Part shown: positions 38,745 to 58,573 of the stretch, piece after piece
Layout: the number at the start of each line of letters is the position of its first letter
Position numbering within the stretch: the first letter of the stretch is position 1
Assembly: GCA_963693365.1 (NCBI GenBank)
Contig: CAVNZM010000014.1
Coordinates: 3,968,001 to 4,032,000 of the forward strand
Length of the DNA stretch: 64,000 bases
Source of the DNA: Amoebidium appalachense
Lineage: Eukaryota > Protista > Ichthyosporea
Reading direction: 5' to 3'
The notes under the pieces: model-generated
The model's input: only the letters and a program-made list of their open reading frames with translations
What the model was told of the DNA's origin: nothing
The model's database searches: none
Program-made: the position numbers and the translations under genes

Positions 38745-38963
38745 GGGTTTACACACTTTTTATTGCGTGGACACTGCCGGAGGCCCAGCCACATTCGACG
38801 GCCTACTGCGTTTTCCCCCTGCACACGTACACTGAGATACCAGCAAAGCAATTTGATCTGCTCAATTGCAAGCGATCAGATTGGCTGTGCTGGAAAACGC
38901 AGTAGGCCGTCGAATGTGGCTGGGCCTCCGGCAGTGTCCACGCAATAAAAAGTGTGTAAACCC
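38745..38963. repeat. Intergenic fold-back: about 72-bp perfect arms plus an inner imperfect stem
   Basis: gggtttacacactttttattgcg...gcgttttcc (38745-38816) pairs with ggaaaacgc...gtgtaaaccc (38892-38963). Inner cagcaaagcaatttgatc pairs imperfectly with gatcagattggctgtgctg. Confidence 0.93.
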
Positions 38964-39103
38964 CAAAAAACATGAAAAACTTTTAAAAAACTTTAGGTCA
39001 AATTTTTCGGTAAAATCCTTTCGTATTGTATTGTGTACCGTGAGGCACGTAGTATGCGTGCACAGGTGCACAAAGGTTGACACGCACACACACGCATACA
39101 CAC

Positions 39104-39271
<168 letters not shown>

Positions 39272-39593
39272 TCTGCATAAGCAAATTCGCCAAAACTACG
39301 CAGCCTGAGCTGAGCTGTTGGCACTGCAGCTGGCTGATCATATTCCTAATTTTTTTTATTGTTTTATAAAAACTTTTTTTTTGCATATATTCGACTGATG
39401 TATACGTATTGCTAACAACTGATCTATATCCGATCGAGCCGGAAATGCATATGCACAGGCTGAGCTGGATTGTTCTGGATGCAATGAGCAATGATAAAAA
39501 ATTTTTGAGGTTGTTTAGAGAACGTGCTGAAGAAGTAGATAGTATGTGTATGTTGCCAGGTTGTTGCACGATTTGAATCTGCGCATGCAAGTT

Positions 39594-39671
<78 letters not shown>

Positions 39672-40362
39672 GTCACACACAAACGCAACCACACATACAC
39701 AAACAAACACATGCACGCACACCCAGGCCCACTCACAGTGTCACGATATTATAACGAGATATCAAAGATTATCTCTCTCAAACATGTATGTTCACCGCGA
39801 ACCGGTACCGGTTGCAACGAATAACATATTTCAGCGGCGGCGGGTGCTCGAGAACTCGAGGGGGGCAGGGAGGACGGGTTGGGGATTGGGGGGGAAGGGG
39901 AGGGGGGGGGGGGGGGGGGGGTTCCTTTTCTGTGTGCTACCGTAGTACGTGTTTAACTTATCAATATATGAAGGTGTATTCATATTATGCAGTGAACACA
40001 GTCTACAGCAAAAAAAAACAGACTTGAGCTCCAAAAATGCAAGCTTGTTCAGGCCTCCTGGTGTGAACCTTTTACATTTTTTATTATGATATACCACGTG
40101 AGTGCATGCACACACGTGTCTGTCCGTTGCATTTGTATGTGTATGTGACATAAAGCGCTACCACTGCCATAGATTTTAATACACGACGACACGAGGAGCC
40201 CGGGATGCAAGATCTAGAGATGGCACAGCCATCCACCGACTGTTTGTTCCCGAGATCTCCAAAAAAAAAAAAAAAAAAAAAAAAGGATTCGAAAAATTTT
40301 AGTGGTGTCATTCTCAAACATGCGGATGATTGGCACCCCGGCATTGCAAGACATCGTCAGGT

Positions 40363-46496
<6,134 letters not shown>

Positions 46497-47318
46497 TCTT
46501 TCCTCTCACTTAAGGCAACGCTCGAACCACCAAACTTAAACTGGTGTAACCCAAGTGCCTTGGGCTGATTGTATATATCTGAGAGTTATGCTCAGCCCCC
46601 ACACCAGCAAGGGAAGAGGGGTGATTGCAGAGCTAGCTTGTGCTTTATGACTAACGAGGTTTAGACGTATTCGCTCTAACACTCTGAGGAAAGCAGATGC
46701 GTAAGTCCACAGGCCCTTCAAACTACCACTAACCCCTACCCCGTGCCAAAACCATAACAATATATACAATGTGGTTTGTACTGTTGTTACTATCCCCTGC
46801 CTTTTTAGAGTTGATGCTTCAAAGCTTACGTGCTCGCCAGGCACCTTCAAAACCTCTCAACTTTGTTCAAGGCACTGACTTCGTTTCACTCGGTGGCGCG
46901 CGTGCATGTGGCCGCACCGTTCTGAAGGCTCAGCTGTCTCAGAGACAAATAGCCAATCATAACGGAGAGCCTCAAACCATATATGGTAGTGTTTGCGCAA
47001 ACAAAACCCTTTACTTGCCCTTTCCTTGAAAACACACCTACATATTATAACATAACTGTATTTTAGTTTGAAAGTTTTGTCTACCCTCGCGACACGTCGT
47101 TTAGATGTTCGTGAAGCTCAGAAGTTTGTAGTCATAGGTAGCCTTACAACTACAAGGTACGTACATAGGTCTTACACCTGAGTTTATAGGTATACCTACA
47201 CTACCTATCCCGCATTACATTATCTTTCAATTCTGAAGTCTTTTGGGCTTACTGTGCTATCCCAGCCTGCCATCCCGTGTGAACCCAGCAATTGTCGCTT
47301 GTGTGCTTACCAGTGAGG
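46497..47318. promoter_or_regulatory. Putative bidirectional promoter between MRPS7 and METTL16
   Basis: Divergent start codons about 820 bp apart; microsatellite-free; AGCCAATCA at 46951. Confidence 0.6.
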
Positions 47319-48474
47319 ATGGCGAGCCTGGAAGGGGCAGGGGAGGGTCGAGCCAGCCAGAAGAGGCCCAGGCACGAGCTCAACTCGCGCATGCACCCAG
47401 CAAACAAGTACAAGGACTCACCCCCCGACTTTGACCAGCTGGCCGCCAAGTACCCCGAGTTTGCAAAGCAGTGAGTGTGCCTGCTGCCTACCTTATGCGT
47501 TACTGTGGTCGCACTCGTTTTTTTTTTTTAACTTGGCGTAGATTTTGTGGTTTGTTCCTCTAGCGGTTGGAAGAGCACTGTGGGGAAAGTGGAAGAGCGG
47601 AGGGGGGAGGGAGGGAGGGAGGGAGGGAGGGGGGAGGGGGAGTTGGGGTTGGGCGCGGGGGGGGGGGGGGGGGGGGGGGGGGGGGAGGGGGGGGGGGGGG
47701 GGGGGGGGGGGCTTAGACGGGCATAAGATGCGTGGAGATTTTCGGCAAGGGCTGGATTGAAGTTTCCTGGGAGATGCGGGGTGAGTCAAGGTTGCTTCCG
47801 CTCACTCTGTTTGCTTCTTATCTATTCCCGCCCCCCCCCCCCCCCCCCCCCCCCCTTTTTTTTGGGGGGGGGGGGTGGCGGGGGGGGGGGGAAGGGGGGA
47901 CTAACGGAGGTTTCACGTGTGCCAGTGCTAAAATGGAAAAAAAAAAGGGGGGGGGGGGGGGGGGGGGGGGTAAAAGCGCAGTGTGAGCATATCAAGGTAT
48001 GAAGGTGCAACACCACTCACTGACCCCCTCAACCCCACAGTGTGAAGCGCACCGGGTCTGCAAGCACCATCAACTTCAAGGACATGACGGCCCTGAGGTA
48101 TGCACATGTTTGCTTGGATCTGGGGTGTGGCCTGCAAGATCCCTTGTCTATCTTGTTTCCGGCTGCTACTGTTGAGAGCCCAGCAGTTTGGGATGGTGGG
48201 GAAACGGCAACGATAATAGACAAACACAGTAAACCACACACACACGCACACACACATACACGCTAAGGGGGGAGGAGGGGGGGAGGGGGGGGGAGGGAGG
48301 AGGGGGCGCTCGTGTAAATAACCCTGCCCATCGCTCACACTATCATCATTTGAACGAAGGTGTGTGTGGACGGGAAATAACTGAAATCTTGTGTGTCTAC
48401 TACGTGTGACGCATACACACCCTCTCTTCCTGACACCCTCTTTCTTCCAAACCCTCAACCTCCCCCCCTCCATT

Positions 48475-48507
<33 letters not shown>

Positions 48508-49497
48508 AGCTGCTATCATCGACAAAACCGGTATACCCTGGGTGCACATGCATTGCCCATCGTTTTCTTTCTTTTCCTCCTCCCCACTCCCCCAAAAAAA
48601 AATCTTCTCATCTAACACCTAATTTTCCCCCTTGCAGGGAACTGACCTATGTGCTTCTCAAGGAGGACTACGGGCTGGACCTGGACATACCAGTCAGCAC
48701 CCTCATACCCACAGTCACATCCAGGTGGGGGGTTTTATCACACCGAAAAATTTTACCGATATGTTGTGGAAATTTGCAAGTAGAATAGTTTTTTTGCTCC
48801 TTCTGTGCGCTATTTTATGGTTTATGGTTGGATGTTGTGTTGTGTTGACTAATGTTGTGCAAGGCATTCTGTCTTGCCTGTGTTTCTTAGCTATGTGCAG
48901 GACATGGCTGATGAAAGTACCTCAACCTTGCATTTGTGTCTTTGTTTTTTTTTTTTTGTTTTTTTTTGTTTTTTTGTTTTTTTTTTTTTTTTTTTGGGGG
49001 GGGGGGGTCCTTTGTGTCGAGTTTGAATTTGGTGAGTCCCAACAGGTATCCAAAAGTACTCGGATTTTTTTATCATCCCTCTCCTCCCCCTCCCCCCCCC
49101 CCCCCCCCCCCGCGCCTCTTCCTCCCCTGCGCTCCCCCCTCCCTCCCCCCTCCCCCCCCCCCCCCCCCCCCCCCCATCAAACACCTCCTGCAACAAACAC
49201 ACCCACACCAGCGACCCACCCACCCACCCTGCCGACGCTTCTAATATGCTACCAACATAGCATTTTGTTGCCATTGGCTATCCCTCTTCTTGTTTGTAGG
49301 TCTCATGCCCGGGGGGGGGGGGGAGGGGGGGAGGGGGGAGGGGGAGGGGAGTAAAGTTTGGCTGAGGCTCGATGGTGACGGGTACGTGTCCAGGGCCAAC
49401 TACATCCACTTTGTCGAAGATCTATTGGCTATGGGTCACGGGGCAAAACCGACCGGCCCCTCCGTGAGAGGTCTTGACATGTATGTATACCTCCCTT

Positions 49498-49528
<31 letters not shown>

Positions 49529-50141
49529 CCACACGAACACTAACACTAACACTAACACTAACACTACTACCCAACCTAGCCATCTACACATGAAGGGATG
49601 GAGGGAAAGGAAAAAACAGTCCGCATTTATGCTAGGTGATGTTTGGGTTTCAACAAGAAGAGAAACTTGAAATTGAAGGCGAAGGCGATGGAAAAGAATG
49701 TACCTTATTGTACATAAGTGGTGCCGACGTGTGCTTTATGCTTGTGTGGTTTTCCATTCCAAAAACTTTATTTGCTGCCAGAGCACATGTCACATCTTGG
49801 TATTTGCCCATGACGACATCTCGTAGTGCCAAAAGCCAGCAATGTTGCTAGGAACGAGAATACTCTAAACTAGATAGTACGCACTTTTCTTTCTCTTTTT
49901 TTGTCTTCTTTTTTCCGCAGGAAGGAGAGGGGGGGGGGGGGGGGGGGGGGGGGTTCTCACAAGGAGGATAGGTTATACACACAATTCTGATTTTCCTATC
50001 TGTCTATTTATTGTTGCCAGCAGTTTCATCACTACTACTGCTGCTGCTACCACCACCAATACTACTGTCACCATCTTCAATATTCCTTTTATTGCTATTA
50101 ATATTATTATCACGGTTATCTTTGTAGTTGTCCTGCAGCGG

Positions 50142-50173
<32 letters not shown>

Positions 50174-50260
50174 GGGGGTGGGGGGGGGGGGGGGGGGGGG
50201 GGGGGTATTTTTGGTACTTCCTGTCTCTGGTCCTGTAAACCCAACTCATGCCCTCCCCCC

Positions 50261-50291
<31 letters not shown>

Positions 50292-50309
50292 ACACAGAAC
50301 AAACAAACA

Positions 50310-50351
<42 letters not shown>

Positions 50352-50352
50352 C

Positions 50353-50412
<60 letters not shown>

Positions 50413-50516
50413 CGGCACGGGCTACTCATGCATCTACCCACTGCTGGGCTGCAAGATGAACGGCTGGTCTTTTGAGGCCACAGATATCGCAGTGCACACT
50501 TGAGTACAAGGTCTGC

Positions 50517-50586
<70 letters not shown>

Positions 50587-50819
50587 ACTTGTCTTCCTAT
50601 GCTGTTTTGACAAAGGGTGTGTATTAGTTTCTGCATCCGAGCGAAAGTGTATGACAGTGGGTGTGGGCTTCCCGGGGTCTAGCGGCTTGCTCTAGTGTCG
50701 GGCTCGTGCATACACAGTACCCTCAAATTGTTTTGATAGATTGGTGTTGCACGGGGTCACCTGATGCTTGTTACGTGCTCTCGGTTTGTATTTTTTCTCC
50801 GGGAGTACGGGAAGGGGAA

Positions 50820-50858
<39 letters not shown>

Positions 50859-51121
50859 TTTCGATTTCTATGATTTATTTGTCATCTGTAGGTTCCCTGG
50901 ATCCCCCAACCCTCCCCACGCCCACCCCCACCCCACCGTTCCACCATGTCCTCATGCAGGAGAGAAAAGGGGGTGAAAAAAGGTGTAAGAGGGGGAGAAA
51001 GCGACATCAAAAGGATTGATTGCATAGACACAAATTTTTTCGAACTTTCCTGTACAACGTTCGACCCCCGCCACCCCCACCCCATCCCCTACCCCTTTTC
51101 TCCCCCCCCTCTCCCCCTCCC

Positions 51122-51152
<31 letters not shown>

Positions 51153-51531
51153 ACACTCACACACACACACAGAAACTCGTCCACCACACACATCCCCTTT
51201 CTGCTCATCAGTTCACCTTGTTTTCTGTTTTGTTTTGTTTTTTGTTTTGTTTTTTTTTGTTTTGTTTTTTCTTTTTCAAAAACCCCATCCAACCACCACC
51301 ACCACTTTCATGAGACCTTAACCACCAAGATGCACATGTGGATGCAGTGGCTGTGGCGTGTGCCCAGGCCAATGTGGAGAGAAACAACCTGACTGAACAC
51401 ATTAAGGTGCACCTGGTCAGTGATAGCGACCCAGTCCTGATACCTACAGTTGGGGATCGCTCAAAGTATAAACCCCCTCCCCCCCACTTCAACCCTAAAA
51501 CATATGCACACACAAACGGCACACACACACG

Positions 51532-51562
<31 letters not shown>

Positions 51563-51659
51563 CGCACGCACGACTCCACATGCACACACGCATAAGCGAA
51601 CACACACACAGACACACAGACACACACACACACACACACACAGACACACACACATGCAT

Positions 51660-51727
<68 letters not shown>

Positions 51728-52241
51728 GTGCCCGACCCTTGGCCCCCTTCCTCTTCTACTCGTTCCCTGTTTGGATTCAAGACTCTACAGGTGGTAGAGA
51801 TGGAGACTCTACTAGTCCTCAGTAGCTGTGTTGTATTCTATTGGCAATGTTTCATAGGTGTGTATGCAGGCGCATTGGCTGTCGGTCTGCTCATGTGCAA
51901 GTAACACAACAGCATCAACATTGTGTTGCTACATGTATAACCGCCCCCTCTCCCCTTATCTCCTGCTCCCCTTCCCCCTCTGCCCTAGCTCCCTCTCTCT
52001 CTCTTTCTCTCTCTCCCTCCCTCCCTCACTGCCTCCCTTCCTCCTTCCCTCCGGCCCTCCCCGGCCTCCCTCCCTCCCTCCCTCCCTCCCTCCCTCCCTA
52101 TCTCGCTCTCTCTCTCTCTCCTTCTCCCGTCTCCCCCCCCCCCCCCCCCTCTCTCACCTTCTCCCTCTCTGTCTCTCCTCCTCTCCCTCTCCTCCTCTCC
52201 CCCCTCCCTCCCTCCACTCCACCCCACTCCCCCACTAGCCC

Positions 52242-52287
<46 letters not shown>

Positions 52288-52497
52288 CCCACCCACCCAT
52301 CCACCCCGGCGCCCGCCCACCCCTCCGTCCAACACTTTAAGTCCCCCATAGCCAACGACCCCTCTCTGACGATTACTGTGCAGGTTTGACTTCTGCATGT
52401 GCAATCCACCGTTCTTTCAGAGCAAAGAGGAGCAGCAACAGACACTGGCACGCTCACACCTGCCATTCTCAGTGCGTGGGTGGCTGGGTGGGTGGGT

Positions 52498-52528
<31 letters not shown>

Positions 52529-52820
52529 AGGAGTGTGGGTGGGTGGGTGGGTAGGTAAGGGGAGGGGGGGGGGGGAGTTAGGGGGGGGGGAGGGGGGGGG
52601 GGGGGGATGAGTGGGTGGGTGTGTGTGTGGGCGGGTGGGTGGGTGATTGGTGGGTGGGTGTGTGGGTGTGGGTGTGTGTGTGTGTCTGTGTGTGTGTGTG
52701 TGCGTGCGCGCGCGCGCGCGCGCGTGTGTGCTTGTATGTACGTGTGTATTTAAGAGAAGCGATAGGGGGTGGAAGCATGGGTGAAATGTTGATGGGACAG
52801 CATATGGCAGAGATACAGCT

Positions 52821-52900
<80 letters not shown>

Positions 52901-53215
52901 GGGGCGAAGGGGAGAAAGAGGTGGGGGGGGGGGGGGGGGGGGGGGGGGTAATAATCACAGCAAACGAAAGCAATCCTTGGTTGCATGCTCCGTGCCAGCG
53001 TTTTATTGAGTTTTTTGGTGCAGGCACAGGCCAACCATGCAACTTGCAGTGAGACGGTGACAGAGGGGGGGGAGGTGGCCTTTGTGAGACGCATCATTGC
53101 CGACAGCATGCAGCTGAGAGAGAGAGTCACGTGGGTGCACACACACACACACACACACACACACCCACGTAGCATGTGCTTGCCTGCTCACACACACATG
53201 CACAAACGTGCAATG

Positions 53216-53305
<90 letters not shown>

Positions 53306-54067
53306 CATGTGCTTGCTTGCGCACACACTTTTACACGCACTCACGGACACACACGCAAACACGTACACACACACTAGAAGCCTGTGTGTCTCTCTCTCAT
53401 CCCCACACAATATCTTTCCCCTCCCCTCCTGCCAGCAACTTTGCTTTTAGTCTGTTCATTGTTTTTAAGGGGGCGTCTGTTTGAGGGTGTAGTGGGTATA
53501 GGGTTGAGTACATGGTTGGGGGTATAGAGGTAGGTATAGGCTTTCGAATAAAGTTAAGTACTAGATTGGGTGTAAAGTTAGGTATAGGGTTGAGCAAAGA
53601 GGTAGGAACAGGGTGAGGTATATATGTGAGAAAAAAAATTTTAACCTGGTTTTGTGTCTTGCAAACACACTGATAGGAATAATGGAACTTGCCGCATCTG
53701 ACTATTGCATCCTTGCTGCTGGCATAGCAATCCCCCCTGTTGATGGGCTTGCCTGCGCATATATTCGGGTTCGGTTTTTTTTTCGGTTTTTGCATTCTCA
53801 CTTTTGTTTTCTTTTTTCTTTTTCTCTGCGAATCCCACCCTCAAATCCTTAAATCCCCTTTTCCTCCCCACCCCCCCCCCCCCCTCCTCCCCCCGGTCTT
53901 TGCAGGTGGTACACCTCCATGGTCGGCAAGAAGTCCAGCTTGATTCCCCTCCTGGACGAGTTGAAGAGACTGAAGGTGTGCATGTGTGCGTGTGTGCGTG
54001 TGGGTGGGTGGGTGGGTGTGGGTGTGGGTGGGTGGTGTGCCTGTGCATGTGCCTGTGCCTGTGCGTG

Positions 54068-54101
<34 letters not shown>

Positions 54102-54103
54102 GT

Positions 54104-54161
<58 letters not shown>

Positions 54162-54593
54162 GGTGGGTGGGTGGGTGGGTGGGTGGGTGGGTGTGTGTGT
54201 GTGTGGGTGTGGGTGGTGGGTGTGCATCTGTGTTAGTGTGTCTGCGTGTGTGCGTTTGCGTGCTGTATGTGTCTGTGTAGGCCTGTGCAAATGGATTTTG
54301 GTGCGCTTGTCCCCACGTGCTTGTGAGAAGTTAATCATGGCCGTGTTTGAGCCAAACAACCCCCCCCCCCCCCCCCGGTCATAAAACTATAGCTACTGTA
54401 CAGTTATCTACACTCAAACAATATTCACGACAGCATGTAATGGTGCGATGTCTGTTATTAGTCTTATTGTGGGGGCTATATGACCCGCTCATGGAACACC
54501 AGACGACGGGGAATCCTGTCCATAAAAGAATAAACATGCTTGGGTTACTTCTAATGTCATTTTCTTATTTATAGTTTCAATCAATTATCTAAG

Positions 54594-54657
<64 letters not shown>

Positions 54658-54944
54658 TTACATACACACACACACACACACACACACGTGTGTGTGTGTG
54701 TGTGTATGTGTGTGTGTTTTAAAGGAATTAGCTGACATATGGTGTGCAGGTCAGGAATTAGCTGACATATGGTGTGCAGGTCAGCAATGTGCGGACCACT
54801 GAGCTGTGCCAGGGGCGAACTATGAGGTGGGCACTGGCCTGGTCCTACACATCAATAGGAGAGGATAACCTGCCCGTATGCAGCCCCTCCCCCCCCTTCC
54901 TCCCCCCCCCCCCCCACCCCCCCCTCTCCTCCCCCTTCCCCTCT

Positions 54945-55003
<59 letters not shown>

Positions 55004-56871
55004 GAGTCGAAACTCCGATGCCGTGAACGACTTGGAGCTGAGGAATGGCTCTTCTTATGCTACATACCTTTTTTGTGTCTGCCCATTCCGCACACTCTGC
55101 AGTGTAGTATCGTGTGAGGATGGGTACCTCGTATTCTGTAAGCAGCACTAATAAACTCTCCTCCCCACCCTATACCACTCCTGCCCCCCCCCCCCCCCCC
55201 CCCCTCCCCTCCCCCCCCCCCCCCCCTTCCCCCTGTTTCCTGCCTTCCCTTCTCTTCTCTGGCTCTACACCAGTACACGACAGCTGTTCCATGCACACAC
55301 GCACACACCACCTTCACAACCGAAACACGGCACTAAAACGCAGCTACATGCCACGTTCGGAAATGTCAACCGCAAACTGGTGGGTAGCCACATGCACGTG
55401 AGAAGATTTGCTGTGTGCATGACCAGGGGGAGGGGGGGGGGGGGGGGGGGAGGAGGCTGTGTGCTCATATTCCCGTCTGTGTGCAGCCAATCACTAAGCG
55501 CTATCGGGTGGCCAAGGATGAGGACACAGGCCCACGTGCAAAGGAGAAGCTCATACACGTGGCTACCGTACGTGTCCATTGCCCCCACCCCCCCCCCCCC
55601 CCCCCCCCCCCCTCCCCTCCATCCTCCCTGCTCCCCTTCCCCTCTTGCCCCTGTTTCCTCCCCCCTCCCCCCCCCATCTACCCTCACATCCACCCGCCTT
55701 TCCCCTTCCCTCCCGGGTCACCCACATAAGACAACCACACACACCCCAACCCTCTTTTGTCTTTTTAACCACCGACACACCTGGACACAACTCACGAGCA
55801 ACAAGAAGGAATTGTGCGGATGAGGAATAGTGGTGAAGTTGCGCAAATGCATAGATGCAAACACCAGGCATGCACACACCCAAATGCCGTAAGATGTTAC
55901 CCAGATTACAGCCACATGGGAGCTTTAAGGCACATAGCATGTCTACATACACACACACCTGTGATAAACCCGGGCATCCATGCGTGCTCCCTTCACCCCC
56001 CCCTCCCCCCCCCCCTTGTTGCGGGGAAAAAAAAAAAAGTAAAACTCCTAACTCCTTACTCGCACTGGCAGCTTACATGCACAAACAATTTTTCCTCTCT
56101 TGGCAGCATCATCATGTGCTGTCTCCTTTCAACTAAGATGCATTTTTCTTGGTGTTGTTCCAGTAACATGCAAATTTGTTCCTTATATTTTCCCATCCAC
56201 TAACACACGACTTTTCTTTTTTTTTTGGTGTTGCGCAGGTACGGAGCATGGACACCCTCAAACAGCAAATATCGTCTATCTTGAACTGGTACCAGATCAC
56301 ACACACCACCACCAGCCACGTGCTAAACACCACCCACTGGTGGGCACACACACACACGTGGTCACGCCGTGCACGCAGAGAGAGGCAGAAACAACTGCAG
56401 GCACAGGGGGACGGAACGGGCGGAACCCTCCTTCCACCCCCTTCCACCTCCCCACCTCACGGAGAGGCGGCGGAGGAGGGCAAGTCGGCGATTTTCCAAG
56501 CTGACGTGCAGTTGATTGGATGCGAGGAACAGGAGAGGGGGAAGGGAGAGAGGGAGGGAGAGGGAGAGGGAGAGGGAGGTGACGTGTACATATCCATCAC
56601 GCACACGGAGGGGGACACGGAACAACTTCAGGCGTTTGAGTTGCACTTTGCACGTGCGTTGGTTGAGAAGGGGTTCGTGCTACCTGACTTGCAGGGCATT
56701 GGCAATGCACGGTCATTAGATGAGGCGGGAAAGGAAAAGAGGGAGGAAGAGAGGAAGGAAAAGAGGGAGGAAGAGGGGAAGGGGGAGAGGGGGGAAGAGG
56801 GGAAGGAGGAGAGGGAGGGAGGGGTTACGGAGAAGGGGCGGGGGAGGGGGCAGGGGGGGCGGAAGGGGTAG
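47319..56871 (+). CDS. METTL16: U6 snRNA m6A methyltransferase METTL16 (RlmF family), 12 exons, about 552 aa
   Basis: Exons 47319-47470, 48041-48097, 48638-48724, 49394-49480, 50413-50483, 51336-51465, 52384-52471, 53024-53130, 53906-53975, 54780-54875, 55487-55567, 56239-56871. Motifs [63 protein letters not shown] and [13 protein letters not shown]. Confidence 0.93.
50484..51335 (+). other. AT-AC (U12-type) intron in METTL16
   Basis: Starts ATATCGCA and ends ...CCTTAACcaccaagatgcAC. Removal gives the expected A-T-D-V-D motif; I found no in-frame GT/GC-AG alternative. Confidence 0.82.
55003..55140 (-). repeat. R1 repeat copy in a METTL16 intron, minus strand
   Basis: Reverse complement reads ...tgcagagtg...gcataagaagagccattcctcag.tccaagtcg...ggagtttcgac, matching 6425-6486. 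Confidence 0.72.
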
Positions 56872-57016
56872 GGGGAGAGGGAGGGGAAGAGGGAGAGGGG
56901 AGTCGCATTCTTGAGGTGGTGGTTTTGGGGGCGGTGGGTGTGGGAGGGGAGAGAAGGAGGGAGGGTGGGGAGGGGGGGGGGGATTGACGGGCTTTAGATG
57001 CATTGGCTGATTGTGT

Positions 57017-57390
57017 ACATGTCCCGGTGTCGGATAGTCTTTTTAACTTGTCCGGATGTTGGATAGTTTCTCGGTTATTCCCGATGTTGGACAGTTTTTT
57101 ATTTATTCCAGATGATGGATAGTCTGGTATGTTACATCCAGATGTTGGATAGTCAGGGATATATCCAGATGTTGGACAGTTTCTCAGTATATCCAGATGT
57201 TGGATAGTTTCTCAATATATCCAGGTATTGGATATTTTCTTGACTGTTTCGAATGTTGGGTATTCCCAATGCATCAGATCCACGTGTTGATCGTCTCGAA
57301 GTGTTCCAGATGTAACCCAGGTGTTGGATACTCTCGTATATATTCAGGTGTTGGATAACCTCGAATATATCCAGATGTTAGATAGTCTCT
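57017..57390 (+). repeat. Degenerate array of about 14 units (~28 bp) with palindromic core TATCCA-GATGT-TGGATA
   Basis: Units such as tatatccagatgttggatagtttctcaa; the core is conserved and the linkers vary. Confidence 0.88.
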
Positions 57391-57704
57391 TGCAACGTAA
57401 ATGACTCTGGTCACATTGAAACTCTTGACTATGCCTGATCACTGTCCCCCCCCCCCCCCCCCCCCCCCCCCTACACATCTTCCTACACACCCGTTGTCCC
57501 TCCCCCCTCTTCCCCCTCTTTCAAGTTCAATACATCAGCGCATACATAAGATACATATGAAACCACCACTTTTAGCACCAAGCACACATGGTCTTGATAA
57601 AGTGTACAGCGTACATGTCACTCACACACACACACACGCACACACACACTCACCTACCTGGTTCAGAGAGAAAACGGAAGATATCTGCGTATCACAGTTG
57701 GGGG

Positions 57705-57750
<46 letters not shown>

Positions 57751-57925
57751 GGGGGGAAGAGAGCTCTATAGTAGGGTGTGTGTGTGTGTGTATGTATGTG
57801 TGTGTGTATGTATGTATGTGTCACGGTGTGTGTGTATGGATGTGTGTGTGTATGTATGTATGTGTGTGTGTGTCACGATGTATGTGTGTGTGTATGTATG
57901 TATGTGTGTGTGTATGTATGTATGT

Positions 57926-57961
<36 letters not shown>

Positions 57962-58251
57962 TTTGTATGTACCAACCATATGTGGCATGTGTGTTTGTGT
58001 GTGTGTGTGTGGTAAAATTTACTCTTACAGTGTGTGCGAGCAGGCCGGTGTGGTTGGGGTGGAAGTGCGTGGGGCAGCGGAGGCCTAGTACTAGGTGTTG
58101 TTCATTCACGCTTGGCATACCATAAGCTTTCGGGGGTCACACCTGAAAAGACTTCTTGTGCAGATTTAGGGCAATGTTATGACCTGCCATGTGCATCGTG
58201 GGGTACGGTCCAGGCATCTTTCCTCCTTTTTTTTATTTGTTTTTTTTTTGT

Positions 58252-58286
<35 letters not shown>

Positions 58287-58530
58287 ACGTGACTGTGCTA
58301 CAGCATAAATAATGAGTAGCCATTTGACAGTGAATTATTTGGCGCCACGCATGTACGAATATTACTGAATGTAGGGGATCTCCCTCGCTATGGATGCACA
58401 AGTTTTGAACGACCCAACTGTTACACCGTTGAATTGTAGACAGGGACGACACAAAAATACAACCACAACATACATCCGAAAATAATAAGCGCAATTTGAA
58501 ACAGAAACACATGTGCACAGCTGCAGCCCG

Positions 58531-58573
<43 letters not shown>

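Noticed and set aside
53480-53625. Telomere-like TAGGGTT repeats (also at 15471 and 60241)
   Set aside because: Few, degenerate and internal; not a telomeric array.
57017-57390. CRISPR-like array
   Set aside because: The context is eukaryotic, linkers are only about 11 nt and resemble each other, the cores are degenerate, and there are no cas genes.
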